Assembly: GCF_006345805.1 (NCBI RefSeq)
Contig: NC_042998.1
Location: forward strand, 33,976,001 to 34,040,000
DNA: 64,000 nucleotides
From: Octopus sinensis
Taxonomy: Eukaryota
Reading direction: 5' to 3'
Positions within the stretch are counted from its first letter, which is position 1. Each line of letters begins with the position of its first letter. Both the position numbers and the translations under genes were made by a program. Below are positions 12,853 through 27,050 of this stretch, piece by piece. The notes under the pieces were generated by a model. That model searched no databases. It was not told where the DNA came from and saw only the letters and a program-made list of their open reading frames with translations.

Positions 12853-15800
12853 GTAAGTTATCATTTATCTTTTTCGTTTTCGGATTTGGTTTGCAAGATT
12901 CTTTATATGAGTTCGTGTGTTGAAGCATATTGTTGTTTGGGGAGAGTAATTTTCTTTTTGTGCCTTATAATTTAACACACTCACTGGTAAAATTTCCATT
13001 TATTTCTTATTTTTATTTTCCTAAAATTTTTGTTGCATCTTCCAACCTTTTCAATAGTCTTGACAGAGTGTGTTACATTATAAGGTACAAAAAGAAAATG
13101 ACTCTCTCCAGACACAACAGAATTATTAGTTATCATTATTATTATTGTCATCCAAATTTTGCCAAAGTCATCTTTGCCTTTCACCCTTTCAGGGTTGATA
13201 AATTAAGTAGCAGTGAAATACTGGGGTTGATGTAATCAACTAGTCCCCTCCCAAAAAATTTCAGGCCTTTTGTCCCCACTAGAAAGGATTATTATTATTA
13301 TTATTTGGGCTGTGAGCTGGAAGAACCATTAGCATGCCTGGCAGAATGGTTGGTTGCTTTTTATACACCTTTATGTTCCAAGTTCAAATCCTGCCTTTTA
13401 TCTTTTTGGGGTTGATAAAATAAGTACCAGTCAATCACTGGGATCGTTGTAACTGACTTGCCCACTGCCCCAAATTTTCTGGCCTTGTGCCAAATTTAAA
13501 ACCATTATTAATATTAATAAGGCAGCAAGCACACAGAATCATTAGCATGCCGGGCGAAATGCTTAGTGATATTTTGTCTGCCACTACATTCTGAGTTCAA
13601 ATTCTGCCAAGGTCAACTTTGCCTTTCATCCTTTCAGATTCGAATAAATAAGTACCAGTTATACACTGGGGTTGATGTAATCGACTTACTCCCTGCAAAT
13701 TTCAGAATTATTATTAATATTTAGCAGAATCATTAGAATCTTTTCTACTCTAGGCACAAGGCCTGAAATTTTTAGCAAGGGGGCCAGTCGATTCAATCGA
13801 TCTCAGTATACAACTGGTACTTAATTTTATCGACCCCGAAAGGATGAAAGGCAAAGTTGACCTTGGTGGAATTCAAACTCAGAATGTAAAGACAGACAAA
13901 ATACTTCTAAGCATTTCACCCGGCATGCTAACCATTCTGCTAACTTGCCAACAGAATCATTAGAATGTCAGACCAAATGCTATGATGCATTTGCCCCAAC
14001 ACTTTACATTCTGGCTTCAAACCCTCAAGGGTTGATAACATAAAGCACCAGTCACATACTAGGGTCAATGGCTTTGATTAATCCTGCCTCCCTTAAAATT
14101 ATTGCTCTCGTGCCTCAATCAAAACCCATTATAGATTTTTTTTCTTCTTTAAATGGAGAAAAAAAATCAGTTTGTGACTGGCTCTTTTAATTACAGTGAC
14201 TGAATATGACAAAGTTACCAGTGATGTCTGTTTGCTAATTAATTTCTCTTAATTCCAATTTCCAAAATATGTTTTCTCCCCTTGTTTTGTCTTGTTGGGT
14301 TGCAATTCTCATCTCTAAAGATGTGGTTACAAGGTACAGGCATGGCAATGTGGTTAAGGAGCTTGCTTTGCAACTACCAGGTCTTGGGTTCAGTTCCATT
14401 GTGTGACATCTTGGGCAAGGATCTTCTTCTATAGTCCTGTACTTTGTGAGTGAATTTGATAGATGGAAACTGTGGAAGCCTATCACATGTGTGTGTGTGT
14501 CTTTGCATTTGTCCCCTATCACTGCTTGATCATTGGATTCCCAGTTGCTCTTTGTCTATATTTACTAATCATCATCATCATCATTTAGCATCTGTTGATG
14601 GGGGCTCCAAAAGGGGTCTCAGGGAGTAGCGTCCCTGCCTACCTGAGCTAGTTTTTGACCACATTTCTTAAAAATCATGGTAGTGGCCTTGGTCTCAGGG
14701 CCACTCATGTCTAGAAACTGAAGTTGGGAGTAATTAAGGGCATGCTCTCCATAGAAAATCCAGCTCCAAAAAAGCCTCATGATAACAAAGGAGAATGGGC
14801 ACCAGCCAGCCCAAAGATTTGGGTGGGCTGCACCTGCCTTCCCCAGTTGCTATGGCATTGAAGTAGATCTGGCCACCCCCGTTAACAGGGACAAAACCTG
14901 TATTTAAGACATTGGATAATGATGATATTGTTCATGCTGGCATGGGTTGGACAGTTTTGACCAGGGCTGGCAAGCTGGAAGGCTGCATCAGACCCCAGTC
15001 TGATTTGGCATTGTTTTCTACAGCTGGATGCCCTTCTTGATGCCAACCACTCCAAGTGTAATGGGTGCTTTCGCATGTCACTGGCACAGGTGCCATTTGC
15101 ACGACTACTATTTTACTTGATTTGATGGGTCTTTTTCTCAAGCACAACATAACCAAATATCTCAGTCATTGCCTCTGTGAGGCCCAGCCCTCGAAAGGAG
15201 CCTTTCACATGCCACCGGCATCAGCCACTTTGCCTCCATGAGGCCCAACACTATAAAGGTGCCTTTTACATGCTACCAGCATGGGTGCCACTTACGTGAC
15301 CATGACAATGGCCACAACAATGATTTCACTAGGCTTCACAGGTCTTTGCAAGCACAGCATATTACCAAAAGTCTCGGTCGCTAGTTGTTGTGATTTTAGT
15401 TTTGATCACGTGATTTTGATTGTCTCAATTGCTGTTATATGCCTGCAGTGTGATTGCACGGAGTTCTGTTCTGTTTGCAGACGATGTGCTCAGCGTTGAT
15501 TTTAGTAGTCTAGAATGTAGCAACTCGCTGCATAAAAATTTTATTGCATTGAAGTTTGGTTTTGCTTACAATTTAGCAATCTTTGTATTGTATATTGCTG
15601 TATTTTTTGTCAATTAAAACCTTTTAAACTTTGATATTCGAGTTTGGGTTTATAACACTAGTCATTGCCTCTGTGAGGCCCAAAGTTCAAAGATGATGCT
15701 TCACCACCTCATCCCATGTCTTCCTCCACCACAGGTTCCCCTCTACCAATAAATTATTTAGTGAGTATTGGTTTTAAATTTTAGCACAAGGCCAGCAATT

Positions 15801-16204
15801 TTGGAAGAGGAGGTAAGTTGATTACATTGACTTCAGTATTCAACAGGTTCATATTTTAATTGACTTTGAAAGGATAAAAAGCAAAGTTGACCTTAGCAGA
15901 ATTTGAACTCAGAATGTAAGATAAAATACCACTGAATATTTTGCCTGGCATGCTAACAAATCTTGCCAGCTAACCAAGACTAAACAAATTCAGAATAAAG
16001 TTTATAAATTTAATAAATATATATAACTGGAATTCAGTTACATTTCCTCTTTCATATAAAATCTGACACTTGATTATAAATGAGAAGTATTTTCTCAAGA
16101 TAAAGTGTTTATAGATGTAGTTAGAAAAAATAAGTGAGCGGAGACTACAAGATAAATCGTGAAAAATGTGTTTTCATACATTCAGGTGTTTAGGTGTAGC
16201 TCTC

Positions 16205-16865
16205 GTATTTTATTTACATTTGATGGATATTTGTTCTCATCTTGTTTGTTGTTAACACAACGTTTCGGCTGATATACCTTCCAGCCTTCATCAGGTGTCT
16301 TGGGCAAATTTCAAACCTGGGTTCTCATTCCTAAGGTATTTTTCAATGTTATTATTACTATATTATTATCCACTACAACATATGCCTGTGGGGCATAGTG
16401 GTTACTAACCCCAAGATTCCGAGTTCAATTCCAGGCAGTGACCTGAATAATAATAATAATCATCATCATCATCATCATTTAACGTCCGCTTTCCATGCTA
16501 GCATGGGTTGGACGGTTCAACTGGGGTCTGGGGAGCCCGAAAGCTGCACCAGTCCAGTCAGATCTGGCAGTGTTTCTACAGCTGGATGCCCTTCCTAACG
16601 CCAACCACTCCGAGAGTGTAGTGGGTGATTTTATGTGCCACCGACACAGGTGCCAGACGAGGCTGGCAAACGGCCACGCTCGGATGGTGTTTTTTATGTG
16701 CCACCGACACAGGTGCCAGACGAGGCTGGCAGACGGCCACGCTCGGATGGTGTTTTTTTATGTGCCACCGACACAGGTGCCAGACGAGGCTGGCAGACGG
16801 CCACGCTCGGATGGTGTTTTTATGTGCCACCGACATTGAAAAATACCTTAGGATTGAGAACCCCG
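16205..16865. mobile_element. Palindromic hammerhead-tailed retroelement, copy 2 (interrupted by an RTE-3'UTR insertion at ~16460-16830)
   Basis: Inverted tail, then tRNA-like head, (AAT)n, the insertion, and resumption at gacattgaaaaataccttagg. Confidence 0.75.
16254..16299 (-). ncRNA. Minimal type I hammerhead ribozyme motif (Penelope-type)
   Basis: Minus strand: GACAC-CTGATGA-A-GGCTG(gaaggtatat)CAGCC-GAAA-CGTT-GTGTT. Intact core, 5-bp helix II, palindromic ACGT helix III, GUU triplet, helix I GACAC/GTGTT. Confidence 0.7.
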
Positions 16866-18849
16866 GCAATGACAGATGTTTGGCATTATGCTGTGCTTGA
16901 GAAAACCTATCAAGCTGAACAAAATAACAATCATGGTAAGTACCGACATTACGCAAATTGGTACCCATGCCGGATGCACATAGAAGCATCTCGGTGTCAC
17001 ACAAATGACACCCATTACACTCTTGGGGTGGTTGGTATTAGGAAGGCCATCCAGCTGTAGAAGACCATGCCAAATCAGACTGGAGTCTGGTGCAGCCTTC
17101 CAGCATGCCAACCCAGTCAAACCATCGAACATGTGCCAGCGTGGACAACAGATGTTGAATGATGATGATGATGATTATTTGTGACCTTTACAATTTACTA
17201 TTGTTGGTTAGATTGTTAAAACTGATACCCAACTTGATCAAATGTGGGTCAGAAGAGAATGTGTGGGGGTGTGTATATATATATATATATAGATGTATGT
17301 ATGTGTGGGTGTGTATATGCAGATGTATGTAAGCATATGGATATAAAAGTAAACAGACCAACATACAGACGGATAGGTACATAGGTTATATGAACAGACA
17401 AGCACCCATATGCAAATGGAAACTGAAACACATGACCATATATATATATATATACTCACACACACTTTTCTTCAAACAAGGACACATATAGAGACACATG
17501 TCCACACATATGGGGATGCACATCCATACATACAATCATAGTACATAGTTGCAAAACACACACAAGGAGGCAGAGGTACACACACATGCAAACACATGAA
17601 TATGCAAAATACATACACACACATGTACACACACATGCATGTATAGGCACACACACACACTGATCTACACATGCGCACAAACAAAAAGGAATGCAGTGTG
17701 AGTAATGGACAGTCAAAACTATTGAAAAGGTTGCAAGACGTAACGAAAATTTTAGAAAAATAAAAAAAAGAAATAAGTGGAAATCTTACTGGTGTGTGTG
17801 TGTTAAATTATAAAGCACCAAAAGAGAATGATTCTCCCCAGACACAACAGAATACTCCTGGATTATTTTAGTAAAATTATATCTGGAGGCAATCAGCAGA
17901 AGTGGATCAAATATTGAGTTCTGTGATAGATAAGTCAGACTCTAATCAGTGAAGGAGATTCTGATTCTCTAGAAATAGCAGCCAAATGTTACTCAAATTA
18001 CACCCTACCACCTTAGAAGAAGGAGACATTAGCTTACACGATCTTTGATACACTATGTCCGAATAAAAGATGAGATGATCATAGCTGGAATGCTGATTCT
18101 AATTCTGCTCAATCATGACTGATCAGGACTAAACAACACCACATCGGAATACTGACTTGTAAGATCAATCATAATAGTTCTATTAAAGTAATTCTATTGC
18201 TGGAGAACTATTTCTTCATCTAGCTCACTGGTACTTAAGCTTAAATAAGTTCAAATGTACCAAAATTCATCAAAAGCTCCTTTGATATCCAGAGCTATCA
18301 CACAAAACTATTTGCCAACACATTTTCTAATGATTATTCCAGGTCTCAGGGTGGATGGTGTGAAAGTTTGCTGAGATTTAGCTAGGAACCAAATCGTTTT
18401 ATCATTATTATTTTTTTTTTTTTATGGATTGTCAATTCTATAACCTTATCGTTGATTCTAAGCAAGGCTATTCGATTATACTTCAAAGCTTTGGCTTTGG
18501 TATATCTCTTGTGTGTTGGTATTACAAAAGCAAATTTTCACAGACTTAAAACATGACAAGACGATTAAAGGTTGGCAGGTTCTATTTGGCATTCTATCAG
18601 GATCTTAAGTATTTTTTGTTGCGGCATTATTGTCTTTGTACCATTATGTTTAAAAAAGACTCTGTGATGTGAAAACCATTAGTAAATTACCTAGAGGAAA
18701 ATTTTATTTCTGTTGAAGTCAGTGAAATGATGGGGGCTTTCAGAAGTGAATGAACAGCTCAGAATCATTTTTGTTGTTGTTTTCTTAATCAAGTGGAAGG
18801 GTCAGTGTCTTTGACCTTTGCAGGTCGTCTGACATTAATTAGTTGATAC

Positions 18850-18925
18850 AGTTCTATATTTAAGAGATGAGGAATTATGTACATTATTTACATTTGAAGG
18901 ATATTTGTCATTTTGTTTGTTGTTA
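18850..18925 (-). mobile_element. Solo 3' end of the hammerhead-tailed element
   Basis: Reverse complement of ...aaatgtaaataatgtacataattcctcatctcttaaatatagaactg. Confidence 0.65.
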
Positions 18926-19224
18926 ATAATAATAAACATTGTGTACAGTGCTCAGGTGCACTACAACTCATCGAAAGTGTATATATAATCAGGTGTAGTT
19001 TCGACGGATTTCGGAAAGCATGAGGGCCTTAAAGGATGCAGTGTCATGGCAGTCAACAACTGACGCAGGCAGTTTATTCCATGCTTCAGCAACTCTGAAG
19101 TCGACTTTGCTTTTCATCCTTTCAGGATCGATAAATTAAGTACCAGTTGAACACTGGGATTGACTTAATCGACACATCCCCTCCTTCAAAATGGCTGCCT
19201 TTGGAGCAACATTTTGGTTGATAT

Positions 19225-19525
19225 ACCCTCCAGCCTTTATCAGGTGTCTTGGGGGAAATTTCAAACTTGGGTTCTCATTCCTAAGGTATTTTTTGATGTT
19301 ATTATCATAACTCAGCATCTTGGGGTTAGTAGATTCCGAGTTCGATTCCAGGCAGTGACCCGAATAATAATAATTATAATTATATCGAAAAATACCTTAG
19401 GAATGAGAACCCAGGTTCGAAATTTCCCCAAGACACCTGATGAAGGCTGGAAGGTATATAAGCCGAAACGTTGCGTTAACAACAAACAAGACGAGGACAA
19501 ATATCTGTCAAATGTAAATAATTAA
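19225..19525. mobile_element. Palindromic hammerhead-tailed retroelement, copy 3
   Basis: Inverted partial tail and inverted partial head, then forward partial head and forward tail. Flanked by ttggttgatat at 19214-19224 and 19526-19536. Confidence 0.8.
19432..19477 (+). ncRNA. Minimal type I hammerhead ribozyme motif
   Basis: GACAC-CTGATGA-A-GGCT...AGCC-GAAA-CGTT-GCGTT; catalytic core intact. Confidence 0.62.
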
Positions 19526-22500
19526 TTGGTTGATATTCAATGTTAACATTTTGTAAGATGATCTGAAGAAACAAACTGTGGGAAGCAGAGAATTTCAGAA
19601 ACAGCGTTCTTGTGAGAAAGAAATGGAAGAAGTAGCATTCTGTCCATCTGCCAAGGTTGACTTAGCCTTTCATTTCTTTGAGTTACATAAAATAAGTACC
19701 AGTTGAACGCTGGAGATCAATGTAATTGACTTAGCCCCCTCTGCCAGAATTTCAGGCCTTGTGCCTACAGCAGAAAGGGTCGTTGTTGTTAGTAGTAGTA
19801 GTAGGGTAACGAGCTAGTAGAATAATTAGCACATTGGACATGCTTAGCATTATTTCTTCCTGTTCTTCATAGCCAGAGTTCAAATTCCACTGTAGCTAAC
19901 TTTTCTTTTTAGTCCCCCCCCCCTCAAAATTTCATGCCATGTGACTATAGTAGAAAGGATTATCATTATTATTATTATTCACTGGGCAAAATGCTTAGTG
20001 GCGTTTTGTCTACCACTATGCTCAGAGTTCAAATTCCGCCGAGGTCGACTTTGCTTTTCATCCTTTCAGGGTCGATAAATTAAGTACCAGTTGAACACTG
20101 GGGTCGACTCAATCGACACATCCCCTCCTTCAAAATGGCTGCCTTTGGAGCAAAATTTGAAGCCATTATTATTATTATTATTATTATTATTGAAGGCAGC
20201 AAGCTGGCAGAATCGTTAGCACACCAGGCAAAATGCTTAGCAGCATTTCATCTGCCGCAACATTCTGAGTTCAAATGACACCGAGGTCAACTTTGTCTTT
20301 CATCCTTTTTGGGTCAATAAATTAAGTACCAGTGAAACACTGGGGTTGATGTAATCAACTAGTCCCCTCCCTACAAATTTCAGGTCTTGTGCCTTTAGTG
20401 GAAAGGATTATTATTTTTCACTTGTCGCATACTATGTACATATCCCTTCTTTTTCAGTGTATACTTACCCCACCCAATTTTTTAAAATAATTTTTTTTTT
20501 AATTTTATAATTGCATTATATGTAAATCCCCACACTTTTTGGCAGTCTGTGTATTGTCTCCCCTCATCCTTTGTCCTTGTGGCAAATAAATGAAATCATT
20601 TTATTATTATTATTATTAAGGAAGCAAACTGGCAGAATCGTTAGCATGCTGGACAAAATGCTTGGTGGAATTTCATCTGTGTTCTGAGTTCTAATTATGC
20701 AGGACCTAATATTACCTTCCATTCTTTCAGCGTCAATGAAATAAATTATCTGTTGAGCATTCGGGTTGATGTAATCCACTACCCAACTCCAACAAAATTG
20801 CTGGCCTTGTGCCAAAATTTGAAACTATTATTATTATGGCATGCAAAAACACTCACTACTCTCTCGGAGTGGTTGGCATTAGGAAGGGCATCCAGCTGTA
20901 GAAATTTTGCCAGATCAGATTGAGCCTAGTGCAGCCTTCTGGCTCACCAGTCCTCAGTCAAACCGTCCAATATGCTAGACCACTGGTTTAAATTGTTATT
21001 AATCTAATTAATATCAATTTCTACCCTTATTATCTAAATTTATATATGTCTATGCATGGAAAGTGGACATTAAATGATGATGATGATGATGATGATTATA
21101 AGGTGGCGAGCTGGCAGAAACGTTAGCAGGCCAGGCAAAATGCTTAGCGGTATTTCGCCTGCCGCTACGTTGTGAGTTCAAATTCCGCCGAGATCGACTT
21201 TGCCTTTCATCTTTTCAGGGTCGATAAATTAAGGACCAGTTATGCACTGGGGCGATATAATCGACTTAATCCTTGTCTGTCCCTTCTGTGTTTAGCCCCT
21301 TGTGGGTAGTAAAGAAATAGGTGTTTCATCTGTCTTTACGTTCTGAGTTCAAATTCCACTGAGGTCAACTTTGCCTTTCATCCTTTCAGGATCCATCTAA
21401 TCAACTGGCCCCTTATGCCCGAATTTCAGGCCTTGTGCCTAAAGATTATTACTATTATTAAGTCAGCGAACTGGTGTGATTTTCAGCATTGCTGGGCAAA
21501 ATGCTTAGCGGCATTTCATGTGTCTTTCTGCCAAGGTCAGCTTAGTCTTTCATCCTTTTGGAGTCAACAAAATAAGTACCAGCTGAGTACTGGGGTTGAT
21601 GTAGTTGACTCACCACACCCTCCCAAATTGCTGCCCTTGTGGCAAAATTTGAAAGCATTATTATTATTATAGATCAAGGAGTTGGCTATCTTAGATTCTA
21701 ATATTCAATGTTTTGAAAGTAAGGTTTGCAACAGATAAATACAAAATTATCATTCCATTGGACACCATTCCAATACTTGAGAATGATAGCGAAAAAAAAA
21801 ATAACCCAACTGGTTGGTCAAAGCAAATATGTGTCCTGGGGCGAAACACTAACAAATCATTATTATGAACACCTATAGGCATAGGAGTGGCTGTGTGGTA
21901 AGTAGCTTGCTTACCAACCACATTGTTCTGGGTTCAGTCCCACTGCGTGGCACCTTGGCCAAGTGTCTTCTACTATAGCCTCAGGCCGACTAAAGCCTTC
22001 TGAGTGGATTTGGTAGATGGAAACTGAAAGAAGCCCGTCGTATATATATATATATACACATACATACATATATATATATACATACATATATGCGTGTGTA
22101 TATGTTTTCCCCACCCCCAACATCGTTTGACAACTGATGTTGGTGTGTTTACGTCCCCATAACTTAGTGATTCGGCAAAAGAGACTGATAGAATAAGTAC
22201 TAGGCTTACAAAGAATAAGTCCTGGGGTCGACTTGCTTGACTAAAGGCGCTGCTCCAGCATGGCCACAGTCAAATGACTGAAACAAGTAAAAGAGTCACA
22301 AAAAAATGACCCTTTATAGAATACTCGACAAGCTGTTGACCCTCCATGTAGTGCTTAGAGTTGGTTTCGGTTCATAGTTATTTCCATTTGATTACAACGT
22401 CCCCAATTATCTTTGGTTTGTTGCAACCTCTCATTTCCAGTTTGTCTTTCAAAAATCTTAGATTTTATCACTCGTACAAGACATTAGTTATTTAAAAGTT

Positions 22501-24277
22501 CTCGTGACAAATACCATGGCAACTGAAGTTGTGGCTCAGTTTTGATATACTGTTGCAATCACTTTCAGTTTTCCATTACATCAATGTATTAGAGAAAGGC
22601 ATCAACACCATGACTTCACAGGTGGCAGTGATAGTAGTAGGAGTGAAGTCCTGAGATTTCATAATTTAGTAAAAATCAATATTTTTATTACTGCTCTAAA
22701 TTTTTCTCTGATATATAACCATAGTGAATTTAACCTTATTAGACAAGAGACCTTCTTTTGTTTGCAGCCTCCTAACTAGCCAAAAGATTCAACTATAAAT
22801 GAACAGTGCGAACAAATATTTTTGTGTGCAAGTGTAAAAAGATGCGTATTTATATCTGTCTATTAATACACCTTATGTGTATATGTATGTAATTGTGTAT
22901 GCGTGTGGGTAAACCTATCGACATGCAGACAAAAATATCTGTAACCTTCATGCAAAAAAATATCTGCAGATCTTGCATTATACTTGTAAATACATATTCA
23001 GATACATACATATATATGTATGTGCACACGCATTTATATACACACATACATTCTCTTTTACTTTTTTCTTTTTTAAGCTGAACGTATGTGTGTGTGTGTG
23101 TGTTCATCTGCCAGTCTGAAAGATGTTCCCACAGGAACACAGTACATCTTCACAGTGTAGGCGTAAAAGATCAATAACTTTGGTGCAACACTAACAGATT
23201 TGATGACTCACACACACACACACACACACACATATATACGCATACACACAACCATACCTTTGCACTGATGTTGAAATTGCATTATCAATATCAGTTGAAA
23301 ATAGCTTGTAAGATGCCGTCTTGTGTGATGGAATGTCTGTGCACTAGATTGCTGTTGGAAGCTGAGCGAAACAGCATTCTACATCTCTTCATTAAGTAAT
23401 TCTTTTGTGTTAGAAAGCAGTTTTAGTTATTCAATCCCCTTCTGATTTTTTTTTGATTTTTTTTTTTCATTCTTAAATTTTTTTTGATGAATGAAATGCA
23501 AATATATTTGATAAGACATCATGAATGAAGTGTAACTGCCAAGCTTTTTTTTTTTGTTTCTTTTGGTCTTTTTATTATTTTTCATTCAATCTCCACTGTC
23601 GTTTTACTTCATTTTCTATCACCATGGCCACCACTGCTGACATTTTCCCAACAATCACTATATACCTATTTCTTTACTGCCCACAAGGGGCTACACATAG
23701 AGGGGACAAACAAGGACAGACAAACGGATTAAGTCAATTATATCGACCCCAGTGCATAACTGGTACTTATTTAATCGACCCCGAAAGGATGAAAGGCAAA
23801 GTCGACCATGGCGGAATTTGAACTCAGAGCATAGCGGCAGACGAAATACCGTTCAGCATTTCGCCTGGCATGCTAACGTTTCTGCCAGCTCGCCGCCTTA
23901 ATCACTAAACACCATCTTTGCCTTCTCTAACCAATTTAACAATCTTTATCATCCCTGTGCTATACATGGGTCTTCTCTCTTTTGATAGTCACCTCTACAA
24001 CCATTTGTTGCTGTCCCCAATAAAATTACACGATTATTACTTCCCCCCCCCCATTAACTTCACCATCATCCTTATTGTCATTGATGCTACTCTCACTGGC
24101 ATTAACCATTGTCATCATTACCACCATCCCCGTTTGACTCCTCTGCTGTAACCTTCGCTGTGTACCCTAACAACACTTCCCTGATCTCAACTACTGCTAC
24201 CACCACAGCAAGCAAATGTGAGACCTTTAAGTGGTTGCTCAACCTGCTGGAAATAGCAGCCGTAATTTCCTTTACGT

Positions 24278-24600
24278 CAGTGGTTCTCGACCATTTTTTT
24301 ACCTATGGACGCCTTTGATTACCGTTTTATTCTGGTGAACCTCCTTAACCATTTGATATTGAAAAACTAGTTCTATAGACATTTCTTTCAAAATTCCTTT
24401 TTACTTTGCACACACTAACTCGTGCAGGTTAAACTATGTTAAACATTAGAGAACGAAACCTCTATCTTACAATAAATGCATAAAAAAGCAAAATGTTTTG
24501 ATGAGCCCTTAATGTACTACTCTACATCCCAAAATTACTATTTTTTTAGTGTGGACCCCCCACCTCAAATTTTATATGGGCCCTTGTTGAAGAACCATTG
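24278..24600. mobile_element. hAT (Charlie-like) MITE
   Basis: TIR CAGTGGTTCTC ... GAACCATTG; 8-bp flanks ctttacgt / ctctatgt (6/8). Confidence 0.65.
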
Positions 24601-26770
24601 CTCTATGTTGTTCTAAACTGTTTCTAAAAATGTGACGATGAGCTAGTCATAGATGGACTGCTGTTGATCATTACTTCAGCAGCTACTATATCACTATTAT
24701 TACAATTAGTTTCGTAATGTCACCTGTACTATTAACATCCCTCTCATCTTATTCTTGTCCAATCATGAGTGACCATCTGTGTAATTGGTCATTTATTGTT
24801 TGGGACCAGGACATATTATTTCCCAGGTAATATGTTTGTTGTTGTGGCAGCAAGCTGGCAGAATCGTTAGCACGCTGGGCGAAATGCTTAGCAGTATTTT
24901 GTCTGCCGCTACGCTCTGAGTTCAAATTCCGCCAAGGTCGACTTTGCCGTTCATCCTTTCGGGGTCGATAAATTAAGTACCAGTTACGCACTGGGGTCGA
25001 TATAATCCGTTTGTCCTCTCTGTGTTTAGTCCCTTGTGGGTAGTAAATAAACGGGTATTTCGTCTGCCGCTACGTTCTGAGTTCAAATTCCGCTGAGGTT
25101 GACTTTGCCTTTCATCCTTTCAGGGTTGATAAATTAAGTACTGGTGGTGTACTGGGGTCGATCTAATTGACTGGCTGCCTCCCCCAAAATTTCAGGCCAT
25201 GTGCCTAGAGTAGAAAAGAATGTGTTTGTTGTTGTTTAGCTCCAGATCAACTCTGATTAAAAGATACCCACATTTTTTCTCAGGAAGTGTGATTCTAATG
25301 TATCCTTTCCCCTTTTAAGATAGAGTGTAGTGTGATGAAGATTTTTGCTGCTATTTCTGACAAGTTAAGCAACTTAAATGATTGGAGCTCTCTCAACTTT
25401 TCTCATTCACAATAGTTTTTTTCCCCATTTTCTAGATAAAATTTTCACAACAATTTAACGAAGTTTTGTGAATGAAAACAAATGTATAATTTAAAATGCA
25501 CAGAAAAAGAAATTCTTCAATGATTGAGCATGAGTTTGTAAAGAACATAATTCTTTGAATATTTTGTAGAATTTTAGATAATGCTGTCTCATTTCATCAT
25601 CATCACATTTCTCTCTCTCTCCATGTGCCAAGCATAGCTGTGTGGCACCTTGGGCAGGTGTCTTCTACTATAGCCTCAGACAGACCAAAAGCCTTGTGAA
25701 AGGATCTGGTTCAGTCATTAGACTGTGGCTATGCTGGGGCACTGCTCTGGGGAATTTTCGTCAAGTGAATTGACCACTGTAGTTGTTCTTTTTTAAATCC
25801 TGGTACTTACTCTATTGATCTCTTTTGCCGAACTACTAACTTACAGGATTGTAAACAAACCAACACGGGTTGTCAAGTGGTGACGGGGAATAAACACACA
25901 CAAAGATGCCCATATATATATATATACACACACACAACACAGGCTTCTTTCAGTTTCTGTCTACCAGGTCGACTCACAAGGCTTTAGTTGGCCCTTGGCT
26001 AGTATAGAAGATACTTGCCAAAGGTGCCATGCAGTGGGACTGAACCCAGAACCATGTAATTGAGAAGCAAACTTTTACCATACAGCAATGCCTGTGCCTA
26101 TTTCTGTAGTGTACTTAATTTAGAATATTTATCAAATCTTTGTCTTACAAATAATTGTTGCCTCTTTCCATAGTTTATCAGTCAATTGTCTCATAAATAA
26201 TCTAAATTTTATGTCTTCCATTTTATTTCATAGTTACTGAGTTACATACAGGGCTTCCAATAATGTTGTAGATCAGTAGTTCCCAACCTGGGGTCTGAAA
26301 AGGTAGTACTGGGGGGGGGGGGTCCATGAACTAAATTCAAAATTTCGTGTGTATGTATGTATATATATATATAAACATATATATCACTGTGATCACCGTG
26401 ACCGACCAGGCTATCAGATGTTGCTACACATCGCTGGTTACAATGTGCTTCGCATTGTTTTAGCCTTTAAATGACGCTACCCCACTGGCTAAGCGAGCAG
26501 GCCAACAGAAGAAAGAATGAGATCAAATTGTGGCGAAAGAGTACACCAGGGATCGCCACCACCCCCTGCCGGGGCCTTGTGGAGCTTTAGGTGTTTTCGC
26601 TCAATAAACACTCACAATGCCTGGCCTGGGAATCGAAACCACGATCCTAAGACCACGAGTCTGTTGCACCTCCACACACATATATATTTATATATATATA
26701 TATACACACACACACTCACAGACATTTCATATATTTATAATAACTATAGCATAACCATTGTCTCGCACCA

Positions 26771-26817
26771 TCTCTGATGAAGGGATATATAAAATATCCC
26801 GGAAACATCTGTAAGAC
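26771..26817 (+). ncRNA. Degenerate Penelope-type hammerhead motif (different family)
   Basis: TCT-CTGATGA-A-GGGATAT(ataaa)ATATCCC-G-GAAA-CATCTGTA-AGAC. 7-bp helix II, near-palindromic helix III, GUA triplet, helix I TCT/AGA. Confidence 0.5.
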
Positions 26818-27050
26818 CTTCTCTTTATAAATGTTCCAAAATCTTTTACAGCCTTCGATTTTTATCTCATTCTGTTAATTTTATATATATATATATATAT
26901 TATATATATATATATATGCATGGTAATATATGACCTGCGTTGGACTCCACATTTGCATAATCACTAAACCTGGAGCTTAACTATAGTCTATCCATAGCAC
27001 TTACTCAGCATTACCTCTCATAACCTATATATGTATATATAAATATATCT

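Noticed and set aside
16620-16830. CRISPR-like regular repeats (also 2700-2990 and 53995-54215)
   Set aside because: Units are contiguous with no unique spacers, lie inside a LINE 3' UTR, and the context is eukaryotic with no cas genes.
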